Shown: positions 1 through 9,172 of the stretch, piece after piece
How positions within the stretch are numbered: position 1 is the stretch's first letter
Layout of the letters: the number at the start of each line of letters is the position of its first letter
From: Chthoniobacteraceae bacterium
GTDB taxonomy: Bacteria; Verrucomicrobiota; Verrucomicrobiia; Chthoniobacterales; Chthoniobacteraceae
NCBI GenBank assembly: GCA_040081625.1
Contig: JBEBGD010000122.1
Coordinates: forward strand, 1-15,974
DNA: 15,974 bases
Reading direction: 5' to 3'
Made by a program: the position numbers and the translations under genes
Notes under the pieces: generated by a model
What the model saw: the letters and a program-made list of their open reading frames with translations, nothing else
What the model was told of the DNA's origin: nothing
The model's database searches: none

Positions 1-434
1 GCCGGAGTTCATCGTGCGCTTCATCGAATACATGGATGTGGGAAACACGAACGGCTGGCGGCTCGACGATGTCGTGCCCGCCGCGGAGATCGTCGCGCCG
101 CTTCCACCCTTTGCCGCCGAACTATCCCGGCGAAGTCGCGCGCCGCTTTCGCACGCCCGCCGGCGGCGAAGTCGGCATCATCTCATCGGTCACGCAGCCC
201 TTCTGCCGCGACTGCACCCGCGCGCGCATCACCGCCGACGGACAGCTCTACACGTGTCTCTTCGGCACGCACGGGCACGACCTGCGCGCGGTGCTGCGCT
301 CCGGCGCGACGGACGAGGCGCTCTCGGAATTCCTCGCGACGGTGTGGCGTGCGCGGGACGACCGCTACTCGGAGCTGCGCGCTGCCGCGACGCCGCGCGA
401 GCCGAAGGTAGAGATGAGCGCGATCGGCGGCTAA
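1..434 (+). CDS. moaA: GTP 3',8-cyclase MoaA, 3' part only (5'-truncated by the window), with an apparent frameshift near nt 98
   Basis: The frame of ORF 14.. gives [29 protein letters not shown]. The frame of ORF 36..434 continues [13 protein letters not shown]...[30 protein letters not shown] (C-terminal CxxC-x13-C cluster motif) and ends in the MoaA-typical MSAIGG*. Confidence 0.93.
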   Translation, partial: RSSSCASSNTWMWETRTAGGSTMSCPPRRSSRRFHPLPPNYPGEVARRFRTPAGGEVGIISSVTQPFCRDCTRARITADGQLYTCLFGTHGHDLRAVLRSGATDEALSEFLATVWRARDDRYSELRAAATPREPKVEMSAIGG

Positions 435-1879
435 AGAATCGCCGGCGTGCCGAAGAGCGAGAAGCCGCTCGAGCGCTCGATCTGCACGTCGAAGACCTCG
501 CCGATGTGACGCTCGCCGCCGTCGAAGATGACGATCTTGTTTCCGGGCGAACGCCCGCTGAGCCGGTCCTCGTTTGTTTTGCTCGTGCCTTCGCAGAGCA
601 CCTCGACGCGCTGGCCGACGAGCGCTTCGTTCTTTGCCTTCGCGAGTTCATCCACCACGGCGAGCATGTCGTGGTTGCGCTCCTCCTTCACGCTTTCGGG
701 GAGCTGCGCATCCATCGTCGCGGCGGGTGTGTCGCGGCGCGGGCTGTATTTGAAGACGTAGGCGTTGTCGAAGCCGACGCGGCGCACGAGCTCGCGCGTC
801 GCGGTGAAGTCGTCGTCGGTCTCACCGGGGAAACCGACGATCACATCCGTGGTGAGCGCGATGTCCGGGCACGCGGCGCGCAGCTTCTCCGTGAGCGCGA
901 TGTAACGCTCCGCGGTGTAGGTGCGGTGCATGGCCTTGAGGATGCGATCGCTCCCGCTCTGGAGCGGCAGATGCACGTGCGGCATGAGCTTCGGCAGGCG
1001 TGTGAAGGCTGCGACGAGATCCTCGCGGAAGCCGATCGGGTGAGGGGAGGTGAAGCGCAGCCGGCGCAGGCCTTCGACGGCGTGGACGGCTTCGATGAGT
1101 TGCACGAACGGCGACAGCTTCGTCTCCTTCTGCTTCTCCATCTTCATCTCCTTCTCGTCGATGGCGTGGAGCGAAGCAGATGAAGATGAAGAAGCAGAAG
1201 CAGAGATCCACGGGAACTCGTGCCGACCGTAAAGATTCACGATCTGCCCGAGCAGCGTCACCTCCTTCACGCCGCGCGCGACGAGCCCTTCGACTTCGCG
1301 CACGATCTCCTCGATCCGCCGCGAGCGCTCGGCTCCGCGCGTGGTCGGGACGATGCAAAAGGTGCAGTGCATGTTGCAGCCCTGCATGATCGACACGAAC
1401 GCGCTCGACTGCCGCTCGGCGAGCACGTGCTCGCGGATCGCCTCCTGCGAGCCGGCTTCCTCCTCCACGTCCACGATCGCGAATCGGGCGTCATCCATGA
1501 GCCGCTCGCGCAGCGCGGCCTTCCGCTGCACGAGCTGATCGACGTAGTCCGCGACGCGATGAAATTTCTGCGTGCCGACGACGAGATCGACATGCCCGAT
1601 GTCGCGCACCAGCTCCGCGCCGCGCGACTGCGCCATGCAGCCGAGGAAGCCGAAGACCAGCTCCGGTTTGCGCGCGCGCAACCGGGCGAGCATTCCCATT
1701 TTGCCGAGCGCCTTTTGCTCCGCCATGTCGCGCACGCTGCACGTGTTGAGGAGCACGACATCCGCGACCTTCTCGTCGCCGGTCAGCTCATAGCCGCGCG
1801 CCACGAGATCGCGCGCGACCTGCTCGGAGTCGCGCTCGTTCATCTGGCAGCCGTAGGTTTTCAGGAAGACGGTGGGCAT
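431..1879 (-). CDS. miaB: tRNA-2-methylthio-N6-dimethylallyladenosine synthase MiaB (radical SAM methylthiotransferase)
   Basis: N-terminal [20 protein letters not shown] and GCMAQ motifs; radical [37 protein letters not shown]-terminal TRAM domain. Start placed at ATG 1879 ([11 protein letters not shown]). Confidence 0.96.
   Translation of the reverse strand: MPTVFLKTYGCQMNERDSEQVARDLVARGYELTGDEKVADVVLLNTCSVRDMAEQKALGKMGMLARLRARKPELVFGFLGCMAQSRGAELVRDIGHVDLVVGTQKFHRVADYVDQLVQRKAALRERLMDDARFAIVDVEEEAGSQEAIREHVLAERQSSAFVSIMQGCNMHCTFCIVPTTRGAERSRRIEEIVREVEGLVARGVKEVTLLGQIVNLYGRHEFPWISASASSSSSASLHAIDEKEMKMEKQKETKLSPFVQLIEAVHAVEGLRRLRFTSPHPIGFREDLVAAFTRLPKLMPHVHLPLQSGSDRILKAMHRTYTAERYIALTEKLRAACPDIALTTDVIVGFPGETDDDFTATRELVRRVGFDNAYVFKYSPRRDTPAATMDAQLPESVKEERNHDMLAVVDELAKAKNEALVGQRVEVLCEGTSKTNEDRLSGRSPGNKIVIFDGGERHIGEVFDVQIERSSGFSLFGTPAIL
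1123..1204. repeat. Long imperfect palindrome (32-bp arms, 18-nt loop) inside the miaB coding region
   Basis: 1123-1154 TCTCCTTCTGCTTCTCCATCTTCATCTCCTTC and 1173-1204 GAAGCAGATGAAGATGAAGAAGCAGAAGCAGA are reverse complements at 29 of 32 positions. The arms are built from hexamer-like units. Confidence 0.92.
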
Positions 1880-1974
1880 CGGCGGAGGGCGCGGAAGGTA
1901 GGCGCGTCGTGGCGTAGCGAAACCGGAAATCTCCGTTGGCAAAGCCGGCGCGCGCGCTATTCCCGGCCTCGCCT

Positions 1975-2652
1975 ATGCCAAAGCCGAACCGCCTTCTCGA
2001 AAACAACCGCGCCTGGAGCGAGCGCATCCGCTCGCGGGAACCGGAGTTCTTCGCGCAGCTCGCGCAGCAGCAGAGCCCTGAGTTTCTGTGGATCGGATGC
2101 AGCGATTCGCGCGTGCCGGCGAATCAGATCGTCGGGCTGCTGCCGGGCGAGGTCTTCGTGCATCGCAACGTCGCGAACGTCGTCGTCCACACCGACCTCA
2201 ACTGTCTCTCGGCGGTGCAGTTTGCAGTCGATGTGCTGAAAGTCCGGCACGTGCTTGTCGTCGGTCATTACGGCTGTGGCGGCGTGCTGGCCGCGCTCGA
2301 GCAGCGGCGGCTCGGGCTCATCGACAACTGGCTGCGCCACATCCAGGACGTGCGGCTCAAGCATTTCGACCTGATCGAACGCACGCCGGCGGCGGAGCGC
2401 CACGACCGACTCTGCGAACTCAACGTCATCGAGCAAGTCGTCAACGTGTGCCAGACGACGGTCGTCCACGAAGCGTGGGAGCGCGGCCAGGATCTCAGCG
2501 TTCATGGCTGGGTCTATTCGCTCACCGACGGGCTGATCCGCGATCTTGGCATCACCGTCTCGCAGACCGGCGAGCTGCCTGCGCGCTATGCGGAGGCCAT
2601 TGGCGCGCTCGGTGAAGCCGGCGACGAAAGAGCAGTTTGCGCCTCTGACTGA
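1975..2652 (+). CDS. can: Beta-class carbonic anhydrase (Can/YadF-like)
   Basis: WIGCSDSRVPA, FVHRNVAN and VVGHYGCGGV zinc-ligand motifs; CELNVIEQV; VHGWVY. Start placed at ATG 1975. Confidence 0.95.
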   Translation: MPKPNRLLENNRAWSERIRSREPEFFAQLAQQQSPEFLWIGCSDSRVPANQIVGLLPGEVFVHRNVANVVVHTDLNCLSAVQFAVDVLKVRHVLVVGHYGCGGVLAALEQRRLGLIDNWLRHIQDVRLKHFDLIERTPAAERHDRLCELNVIEQVVNVCQTTVVHEAWERGQDLSVHGWVYSLTDGLIRDLGITVSQTGELPARYAEAIGALGEAGDERAVCASD

Positions 2653-2687
2653 ACAGCGTATCTGCGTTTACGAACCCAGTCATCCGC

Positions 2688-4196
2688 ATGAAATCCAAGC
2701 TCGTCTTTTTCGCCTTCGCCACGATCTCGCTGCCGGTCCTCGCGCAGGAGGCCGACAAGACGCCTTCGGTCAAAGTCGATCCCGCGCCAGTGAGCCGGCA
2801 GGCGGGAGTGATCACCAGCTTCGCGCCCGTCGTCGAGAAGGTCGGGCCGAGCGTGGTGCAGATCAGCACCTCGAAGAACGTGAAGCCCGGCGCGCGCAGC
2901 CGCATGTTCGACGATCCGTTCTTTCGCCGCTTCTTCGGTCTGCCGAATGAGGACGAGCCGCAGGATGAAGCGCCGCAGCCGGATCGCCGCGACGGACGGG
3001 GCGGCGGCAGGACGCAGAAGGAAGCGCTCGGGCTCGGCTCCGGCGTCATCGTCAGCGCCGAGGGCCACATCCTCACCAACAGCCACGTCATCGACGGCGC
3101 CGACGACATCCTCGTCACCATCACCGGCGACAAGCGCGAATACAAAGCCAAGCGCGTGGGCAACGATCCCGCGACCGATCTCGCCGTGCTCCAGTTCGAG
3201 ACCAAGCCGGCGAAACTCAAGCCGATCACTTTTGGAGACAGCGACAAGCTGCGCGTGGGCGATGTCGCCGTCGCCATCGGCAATCCCTTCGGCCTCTCGC
3301 AGACCGTCACCATGGGCATCATCTCCGCGACCGGCCGCCGCATGGGCATCATCGACAACGGTTCGGGCTACGAAGACTTCCTCCAGACCGACGCGAGCAT
3401 CAACCCCGGCAACAGCGGTGGCGCGCTCGTCGATGTCGAGGGCCGGCTCATCGGCATCAACACGGCCATTTTCTCCCGCACCGGCACCAATCTCGGCATC
3501 GGCTTCGCCGTCCCGGTGAACCTTGCGCATTCCGTGATGGACAGCCTCATCACCAATGGTCGCGTCGTGCGCGGCTACCTCGGCGTGGGACTCCAGGCGC
3601 TCGATGACGCGCTCGCAAGCCGCTTCAAGCTCAAGAGCACCGACGGCACGATCGTGAGCTCCGTCGAGCCGAAGAGCCCCGCTGCAAAGGCCGGCCTCGC
3701 CGCGGGCGACGTGATCACCGAGATCAACGGACGCCCAATCGTCGGCGTGAGCGAGATGCGGATGCTCGTGAGCAGCTTCTCGCCGGGCACGAAGGTGAAC
3801 GTGAAATACCTCCGCGACGGCAATGAGAAGAAAGCCGAGATCGAACTCGCGGAACTTCCGTCGCGGAAACAGGAGATGCCTGCCGCGAAGCCGGACATCG
3901 TCGAGCCCGACGTGCTCGATGGTGTGACGGTCGGCGACATCGATGAGCAGGCGCGAAAGAAGTTCGAGATCGCGGAGGACGCCAAGGGCGTCGTCGTGAT
4001 CGAGATCGACGACGAGTCGGCGTCTCATGCTGCCGGCATCCGCGTGGGCGACGTGATCCACGAGATCGAGCACAAGGCGCTCGCCTCCGCCAACGACGCC
4101 GTCGAGATGAGCGAGAAGCTCAAGAAGGAAAAGGAGCTGCTTCTTCGCGTCTCGACCAAGGGCGCCAGCCGCTTCGTCGTCGTGAAGGAACTGTGA
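2688..4196 (+). CDS. degP: Periplasmic Do/DegQ (HtrA) family serine endoprotease with two PDZ domains
   Basis: Signal peptide; catalytic triad contexts TNSHV, TDLAVL and INPGNSGG; GYLGV PDZ1 and a second PDZ. DegP and DegQ cannot be distinguished by eye. Confidence 0.93.
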   Translation: MKSKLVFFAFATISLPVLAQEADKTPSVKVDPAPVSRQAGVITSFAPVVEKVGPSVVQISTSKNVKPGARSRMFDDPFFRRFFGLPNEDEPQDEAPQPDRRDGRGGGRTQKEALGLGSGVIVSAEGHILTNSHVIDGADDILVTITGDKREYKAKRVGNDPATDLAVLQFETKPAKLKPITFGDSDKLRVGDVAVAIGNPFGLSQTVTMGIISATGRRMGIIDNGSGYEDFLQTDASINPGNSGGALVDVEGRLIGINTAIFSRTGTNLGIGFAVPVNLAHSVMDSLITNGRVVRGYLGVGLQALDDALASRFKLKSTDGTIVSSVEPKSPAAKAGLAAGDVITEINGRPIVGVSEMRMLVSSFSPGTKVNVKYLRDGNEKKAEIELAELPSRKQEMPAAKPDIVEPDVLDGVTVGDIDEQARKKFEIAEDAKGVVVIEIDDESASHAAGIRVGDVIHEIEHKALASANDAVEMSEKLKKEKELLLRVSTKGASRFVVVKEL

Positions 4197-4208
4197 TTGA
4201 AACGCGGG

Positions 4209-4259
4209 GATCGGTGATCGGGCGCAGTGCGTCAATCTGATCGCCGTTCACCGATCACC
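4209..4259. repeat. Intergenic imperfect inverted repeat with 7-nt periodic arms
   Basis: GATCGGTGATCGG (4209-4221) pairs with CCGTTCACCGATC (4244-4256) at 12 of 13 positions. Alternatively, GGTGATCGG (4213-4221) pairs with CCGATCACC (4251-4259). Confidence 0.6.
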
Positions 4260-4261
4260 AA

Positions 4262-5212
4262 ATGAACCTCGTCGTCCTCGACGGCTACACCGCCAATCCC
4301 GGCGACCTCGACTGGGACGCCTTCGCCGCCCTCGGCGCGCTCACCGTCCACGACCGCACGCCGACCGTGCAGATCGTCGAACGCGCGCGCGACGCGGAGA
4401 TCGTCCTCACGAACAAAGCCCCGCTCGACGCCGGCACCATCGCCGCGCTGCCGCGGCTGCGTTACATCGGCGTGCTCGCCACCGGCTACAACATCGTGGA
4501 CATCGCCGCCGCGCGCGCCCGCGACATCACCGTGTGCAACGTGCCCGAATACGGCACCGCCAACGTCGCGCAGGCCGTCTTCGCGCTCATCCTCGAGCTG
4601 ACGAGCCGCACCGGCCACCACGCCGACACCGTCCGCGCCGGCCGCTGGAGCGCGTGCATCGACTGGTGCTACTGGGACTTCCCGCTCATCGAACTGAGCG
4701 GCCGCACGCTTGGCATCATCGGCTACGGGCGCATCGGCGCGGCAGTCGCGCGCATCGGCGCAGCCTTCGGCATGAAAGTGCTCGCGCACCGCCGCAGCGG
4801 CATTCCCGCCGGCGAGCCCGCGCAATCCGCCGATCTCGATACCATCTTCCGCGAAGTCGACGTGCTCACGCTGCACTGCCCGCTCACGCCGGAGACAAAG
4901 CACCTCATCGACTCCTCGCGCCTCGCGCAGATGAAGCCGACGTCTTTCCTCATCAACACCGCGCGCGGCCCGCTGGTCGATGAACCCGCCCTCGCCGCCG
5001 CGCTGGACGACGGCCGCATCGCCGGTGCCGGCCTCGACGTGCTCAGCGCCGAGCCACCCGCCGCCGGCAACCCGCTGCTCAGCGCGAAGAACTGCCTCAT
5101 CACTCCGCACATCGCGTGGGCCACGCGCGAAGCCCGCTCGCGCCTGCTCGCCATCGCCGCGGAAAACATCCGCGCGTGGCAGTCCGGCACGCCGCGGAAT
5201 GTGGTGAACTAG
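4262..5212 (+). CDS. hprA: D-2-hydroxyacid dehydrogenase, glycerate dehydrogenase/hydroxypyruvate reductase-like
   Basis: VVLDGYTANPGD N-terminus typical of this subfamily, ATGYN, Rossmann GIIGYGRIG, LHCPLT, INTARG, AGLDVLSAEP, ITPHIAW. Substrate is inferred from the subfamily. Confidence 0.85.
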   Translation: MNLVVLDGYTANPGDLDWDAFAALGALTVHDRTPTVQIVERARDAEIVLTNKAPLDAGTIAALPRLRYIGVLATGYNIVDIAAARARDITVCNVPEYGTANVAQAVFALILELTSRTGHHADTVRAGRWSACIDWCYWDFPLIELSGRTLGIIGYGRIGAAVARIGAAFGMKVLAHRRSGIPAGEPAQSADLDTIFREVDVLTLHCPLTPETKHLIDSSRLAQMKPTSFLINTARGPLVDEPALAAALDDGRIAGAGLDVLSAEPPAAGNPLLSAKNCLITPHIAWATREARSRLLAIAAENIRAWQSGTPRNVVN

Positions 5213-6276
5213 CCGAGGCAGTCGTCGAGCGCGGCGAGCAGCGCTCGCATCGTGGCGGGGGTTTCGTCGCCCATGTTCGAGATGCGGAAGGTCCTGCCCT
5301 TGAGTTTGCCGTAGCCGCCATCGAGCACGATGTCGTGCTTGTCCTTGAGGATCTTGAGCATCGCGGCCACGTCGATGTTCCTGCTGTTCGCGACGCAGGT
5401 GAGGGACTTCGAGCGGAAGCCTTCGGGCGCGAAGAAGTCGAACCCGCGTGCCTTCACCCAGTCATGCACGAGCGCGTTGTTCTCCGCGTGCCGCGCGTGC
5501 CGCTTCTCGACGCCCTCGGTGAAGATGTCGTCGAGCTTCGACTCGAGCGCATAGATGTGGCTGATCGACGGCGTGCTCGGCGTCATGAACTCGGCGGCGT
5601 TCTTCTTGAACTCGATGAAGTCGAAGTAGTAGCCGCGCGTCTTGATCGTCTCGGCGCGCGCGAAGGCGCGGTCGCTGGCGGCGAAGAGTGCGAGGCCCGG
5701 CGGCATCGCGAGCGCCTTCTGCGAACCGGTGAGCAGCACGTCGATGCCGAGCTCGTCCATCGGGATCGGCACGGCGCTGAACGACGAAACGCTATCGACG
5801 ATGAGCATGACCTCGGGGAACTCGCGCACCACGGCGGCGATCTCCTCGAGCGGGCTCATGACGCCGGTTGAGGTTTCATTGTGGATGAGCGTGACGGCAT
5901 CGAACCCACCGGCGCTCAGCGCGGCGCGGACGGCGTCGCCGCGGATCGGCTGGCCCCACTCGACTTGCAGCGCGACGGCGTCCTTGCCGCATCGCTTCGA
6001 CACATCGAGCCACTTGTCGGAAAAGGCGCCGCACATGCAGTTCAGCACCTTGCCCGTGCCGACCAGATTGCGGATCGAGCCTTCCATCACGCCCCACGCG
6101 CTTGAGGTGGAGAGGAAGACCGGCTGCTTCGTCCCGAAGAGCGTCTGAAGCCGCGGATGGATGCGCTCGTAGAGCTTTTTGAAGTCGCCGCTGCGGTGGC
6201 CGATCATCGGCTGGCAGAAGGCGCGGAAGGTTTTTTCGCTGACTTGGACGGGACCTGGAATGAAGAGCTTTGGCAT
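5209..6276 (-). CDS. Class-V PLP-dependent aminotransferase (alanine/serine-glyoxylate or phosphoserine aminotransferase family)
   Basis: LFIPGPV, IGHRS, HNETSTG, IVDSVSS, TGSQKALAMPPG (PLP lysine), TPSTP, FRISNMG. Start placed at ATG 6276. Confidence 0.92.
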   Translation of the reverse strand: MPKLFIPGPVQVSEKTFRAFCQPMIGHRSGDFKKLYERIHPRLQTLFGTKQPVFLSTSSAWGVMEGSIRNLVGTGKVLNCMCGAFSDKWLDVSKRCGKDAVALQVEWGQPIRGDAVRAALSAGGFDAVTLIHNETSTGVMSPLEEIAAVVREFPEVMLIVDSVSSFSAVPIPMDELGIDVLLTGSQKALAMPPGLALFAASDRAFARAETIKTRGYYFDFIEFKKNAAEFMTPSTPSISHIYALESKLDDIFTEGVEKRHARHAENNALVHDWVKARGFDFFAPEGFRSKSLTCVANSRNIDVAAMLKILKDKHDIVLDGGYGKLKGRTFRISNMGDETPATMRALLAALDDCLG

Positions 6277-6378
6277 GCGGGACGGCGGATGTAGCAGCAC
6301 CCCCGGATGGGCTCAACCTCGAACCCGGTGGCAGTTCCGTCCGTCGCTGAGATTTGGCGCGGATTCTCAAGGCCTTGG

Positions 6379-6394
6379 TGGCACCGGCATTGCT
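6379..6394 (+). promoter_or_regulatory. Sigma-54 (-24/-12) promoter
   Basis: TGGCAC-CGGCA-TTGCT exactly matches TGGCAC-N5-TTGC(A/T). It lies in an intergenic region, 16 nt before ATG 6411. Confidence 0.8.
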
Positions 6395-6410
6395 TTGTCA
6401 AGCCCTGCCC

Positions 6411-7235
6411 ATGAACGCCGTGCCGTCGGCTCCAGCCTTTCCATCACCAGAAGCAGCGATCGCCTATGGGGCGCTAATCACCGCCAGCCAGGCGGCCGTC
6501 CGGCCCGTGCCTTCGGCGGAGGTGACTTTCCGCGTCCTTCTGCTCGAGGGTGAAGGCGGCGGCGATTCGCTGCTGGTCGAAGCGGTGCGCGCTGAGATCC
6601 CGGATGCGGACATCCTGCGGACGGCGGGCGCGCTCGGCGCGCTGGCGCTCGCGGAGCTTTACGATTTCGATCTCCTGCTGGTGGCGTCGCCGCTCCCGGA
6701 CGAACTCGGCGGCGAAGTGATGACGGTATTTTTCGAGCACAACTCCGAGGCCGAAGTCATCGTCGCCTGCGGCACTTCGCCGGCAAAGGTGCCGGAAGGA
6801 TTGAGAGTCTGCACGATTCAGGAGCCGGAGAACCCGCTCGAATTCATCGAGGCAATCCGCGCGTGCCGCGACCGGGTGCTTGGCGATCCGGACGCGGACG
6901 AAGGTGACGGACATTTCGTGGTCGTGCTGAGCCGGCATTCGCCGATGGAAGTCATCCAGCTCAAGTGCCTCGCGGCCGCCACCACGGCGCTCGATTTCAT
7001 CCGTCCGCGCGGGCCCGGCGGTCGAGTTTGGTTCGTGAAAGGTGAAGTCGTCCACGCCGAGACCGGTGCGCTCACTGGCGAGTCCGCGCTGGTCGAGATG
7101 ATGAACTGGCCCGGTGGCAGCATCGTGGAAGTGGAAGTGCCGCCCGCGGCGGCGCCGACAATCGACATGCCCTGGCAGTCGCTGCTCATGTGCGTGGCGC
7201 AGGCCGCCGACGAGCGCGTCGCTGGCGCTGCCTAG
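6411..7235 (+). CDS. Degenerate receiver (REC-like) domain fused to a DUF4388/PATAN-like domain
   Basis: REC-like pattern RVLLLE...[22 protein letters not shown]...EVIVAC...QEP; C-terminal EVIQLKCL...[30 protein letters not shown]...[11 protein letters not shown] resembles DUF4388. Start at ATG 6411 fits the sigma-54 site. Confidence 0.75.
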   Translation: MNAVPSAPAFPSPEAAIAYGALITASQAAVRPVPSAEVTFRVLLLEGEGGGDSLLVEAVRAEIPDADILRTAGALGALALAELYDFDLLLVASPLPDELGGEVMTVFFEHNSEAEVIVACGTSPAKVPEGLRVCTIQEPENPLEFIEAIRACRDRVLGDPDADEGDGHFVVVLSRHSPMEVIQLKCLAAATTALDFIRPRGPGGRVWFVKGEVVHAETGALTGESALVEMMNWPGGSIVEVEVPPAAAPTIDMPWQSLLMCVAQAADERVAGAA

Positions 7236-9142
7236 CTCCCGGCGAGCCGCGCGGCGATCACGTCGGCATCATACACGCAGCCGCCCCATGTCCCGCCGCT
7301 CGCATTTTGCAGCGCCGCCCACAGGCGCGTGTCGGCGGGGAGTTGCGGATGCGGCGCGAGATCGGGATGCGGTGTGCGCGAGGAAATATCGGTGAGCACA
7401 TCGACGGTGCCGGTCATCGCGCGACGGTCGATGACGACGCGGATCGCGTCGCCGTCGCGCACCTTCCCGATCGGCCCGCCGGCGAGCGCCTCGGGTCCGA
7501 TGTGGCCGATGCACGCGCCGGTCGAGACGCCGGAGAATCGCGCATCGGTGAGAAGCGCGACGTGTTTGCCGAACGGCAGCATCTTGAGCGCGGAGGTGAC
7601 TTGATACGTCTCCTCCATGCCCGTGCCCATCGGTCCGATGCCGCAGAGCACCATCACGTCGCCGGCCTGGATGCGGCCGTCGCGGATCGCGGCAATCGCG
7701 GCGGCTTCGCTCGTGAAGACGCGCGCGGGACCTTCGTGCCGATACACTCCGTCGTCGCCGACCACGCTCGCGTCGATCGATGTCGCTTTGATGACCGAGC
7801 CCTGCGGCGCGAGGTTGCCGAGCGGAAAGACGAGCGTGCCCGTGAGTCCGCGTTCCTTCGCGAGAGCGGGCGGCATGATCACATCAGTCGGGTCAATCCC
7901 ATCCGTCTCCTTCAGCAGGGCGCGGATCTTTGAACGGCGCTCCGATCTCTCCCACGCATTGAGATTCTCGCCGAGCGTGGCGCCGGTGGTGGTGAGCGCG
8001 TCGGTCTCGAGCAGACCGAGCGCACGCAGATGCAGCATCACTTCCGGCACGCCGCCGGCGAGGAAGACGCGCACGGTGGGATGCCCGACCGGTCCATTCG
8101 GCAGCACATCGACGAGGCGCGGCGTGCGGCGGTTGATCGCGATCCAATCCTCGACCGTCGGCCGCGCGAGCCCGGCGGCGTGAGCGATGGCGGGGATGTG
8201 GAGGAGCAGATTCGTCGAGCCACCAAACGCCGCGTGAACCGTCATCGCGTTGCGGATGCTCGCGTCGGTGAGGATGTCTTTTCCCGTGATGCCGCGCTCG
8301 TCGAGCGCGGCGACCGCACGCGCCGCCTGCGTAGCGAGATCGAGCCACACCGGCTGTCCGCTCGGTGCGAGCGCGGAGTGGGGGAGTGCGAGGCCGAGCG
8401 CCTCGGCGACGACTTGCGAAGTCGCCGCCGTGCCGAGGAACTGGCAGCCGCCGCCCGCCGAACCGCACGCGCGGCAGCCCAGCTCCGAAGCTTGCGCGAG
8501 CGTGAGCAGGCCGCGCGAATACCGCGCGCCGATCGTCTGCACCGCGCCCGCGTCCTCGCCATCGCTCGGCGGAAGTGTGACGCCGCCGGGCACGATCACG
8601 CACGGCAGGTCGCGCATCGCGGCGAGCGCCATCATCATTGCCGGGAGACCCTTGTCGCACGTCGCGATGCCGATGACGCCGCGCCGACGCGGCAGTGAGC
8701 GGGTGAGCCGGCGGAAGACTGTCGCGGCGTCGTTGCGATACGGCAGCGAGTCGAACATCCCGGTGGTGCCCTGCGTGCGACCGTCGCACGGATCGCTCAC
8801 CGCTGCGGCAAACGGGATCGCCTTGAGCGCACGCACCGCGCGCGCTGCAGCCTCGACTTGCAGCCCGATCTCCCAATGCCCCGTGTGAAAGCCGAGCGCG
8901 ATCGGCGAGCCATCCGGCGCGCGCATCCCTCCCTGCGTGCTCAGGATCAGGAATTGCCGACCGAGCACGTCCTTCGGTTCCCAGCCCATGCCGACGTTTT
9001 GCGTGAGGCCGAAAAGATCGCCGCTCGGCGCAGTGCGCAGCAGTTCGTCGGTCAGCGGAAGCGAGCCTGCGGGTCCCGGCGCGCGGGTGCGGATCGCAAG
9101 GATCGTTTCATCGGCGGAGAGAAAGCGGGCGGGGTCGGACAC
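7232..9142 (-). CDS. yjhG: YjhG/YagF family D-xylonate dehydratase (IlvD/Edd superfamily)
   Basis: [85 protein letters not shown], and C-terminal [19 protein letters not shown], all typical of YjhG/YagF. Confidence 0.92.
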   Translation of the reverse strand: MSDPARFLSADETILAIRTRAPGPAGSLPLTDELLRTAPSGDLFGLTQNVGMGWEPKDVLGRQFLILSTQGGMRAPDGSPIALGFHTGHWEIGLQVEAAARAVRALKAIPFAAAVSDPCDGRTQGTTGMFDSLPYRNDAATVFRRLTRSLPRRRGVIGIATCDKGLPAMMMALAAMRDLPCVIVPGGVTLPPSDGEDAGAVQTIGARYSRGLLTLAQASELGCRACGSAGGGCQFLGTAATSQVVAEALGLALPHSALAPSGQPVWLDLATQAARAVAALDERGITGKDILTDASIRNAMTVHAAFGGSTNLLLHIPAIAHAAGLARPTVEDWIAINRRTPRLVDVLPNGPVGHPTVRVFLAGGVPEVMLHLRALGLLETDALTTTGATLGENLNAWERSERRSKIRALLKETDGIDPTDVIMPPALAKERGLTGTLVFPLGNLAPQGSVIKATSIDASVVGDDGVYRHEGPARVFTSEAAAIAAIRDGRIQAGDVMVLCGIGPMGTGMEETYQVTSALKMLPFGKHVALLTDARFSGVSTGACIGHIGPEALAGGPIGKVRDGDAIRVVIDRRAMTGTVDVLTDISSRTPHPDLAPHPQLPADTRLWAALQNASGGTWGGCVYDADVIAARLAGS

Positions 9143-9172
9143 CGGCGCAGGGTGCGCGGCGCGAGCGAAAGG

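Noticed and set aside
99..1183. 389-aa ORF 14..1183 as a real protein
   Set aside because: Only its first ~28 codons are MoaA. The remainder is off-frame and then antisense to miaB.
2586..4235. Long antisense and alternative-frame ORFs (e.g. 2586..4235, 1220..2239, 4232..5110, 10086..11132, 11940..12764)
   Set aside because: These are shadow ORFs expected from high-GC codon bias. They overlap well-supported genes and show no family motifs.
6396..6401. Perfect TTGACA on the minus strand upstream of the aminotransferase
   Set aside because: There is no acceptable -10 element at 16-18 nt spacing (CCAAGG at 17).
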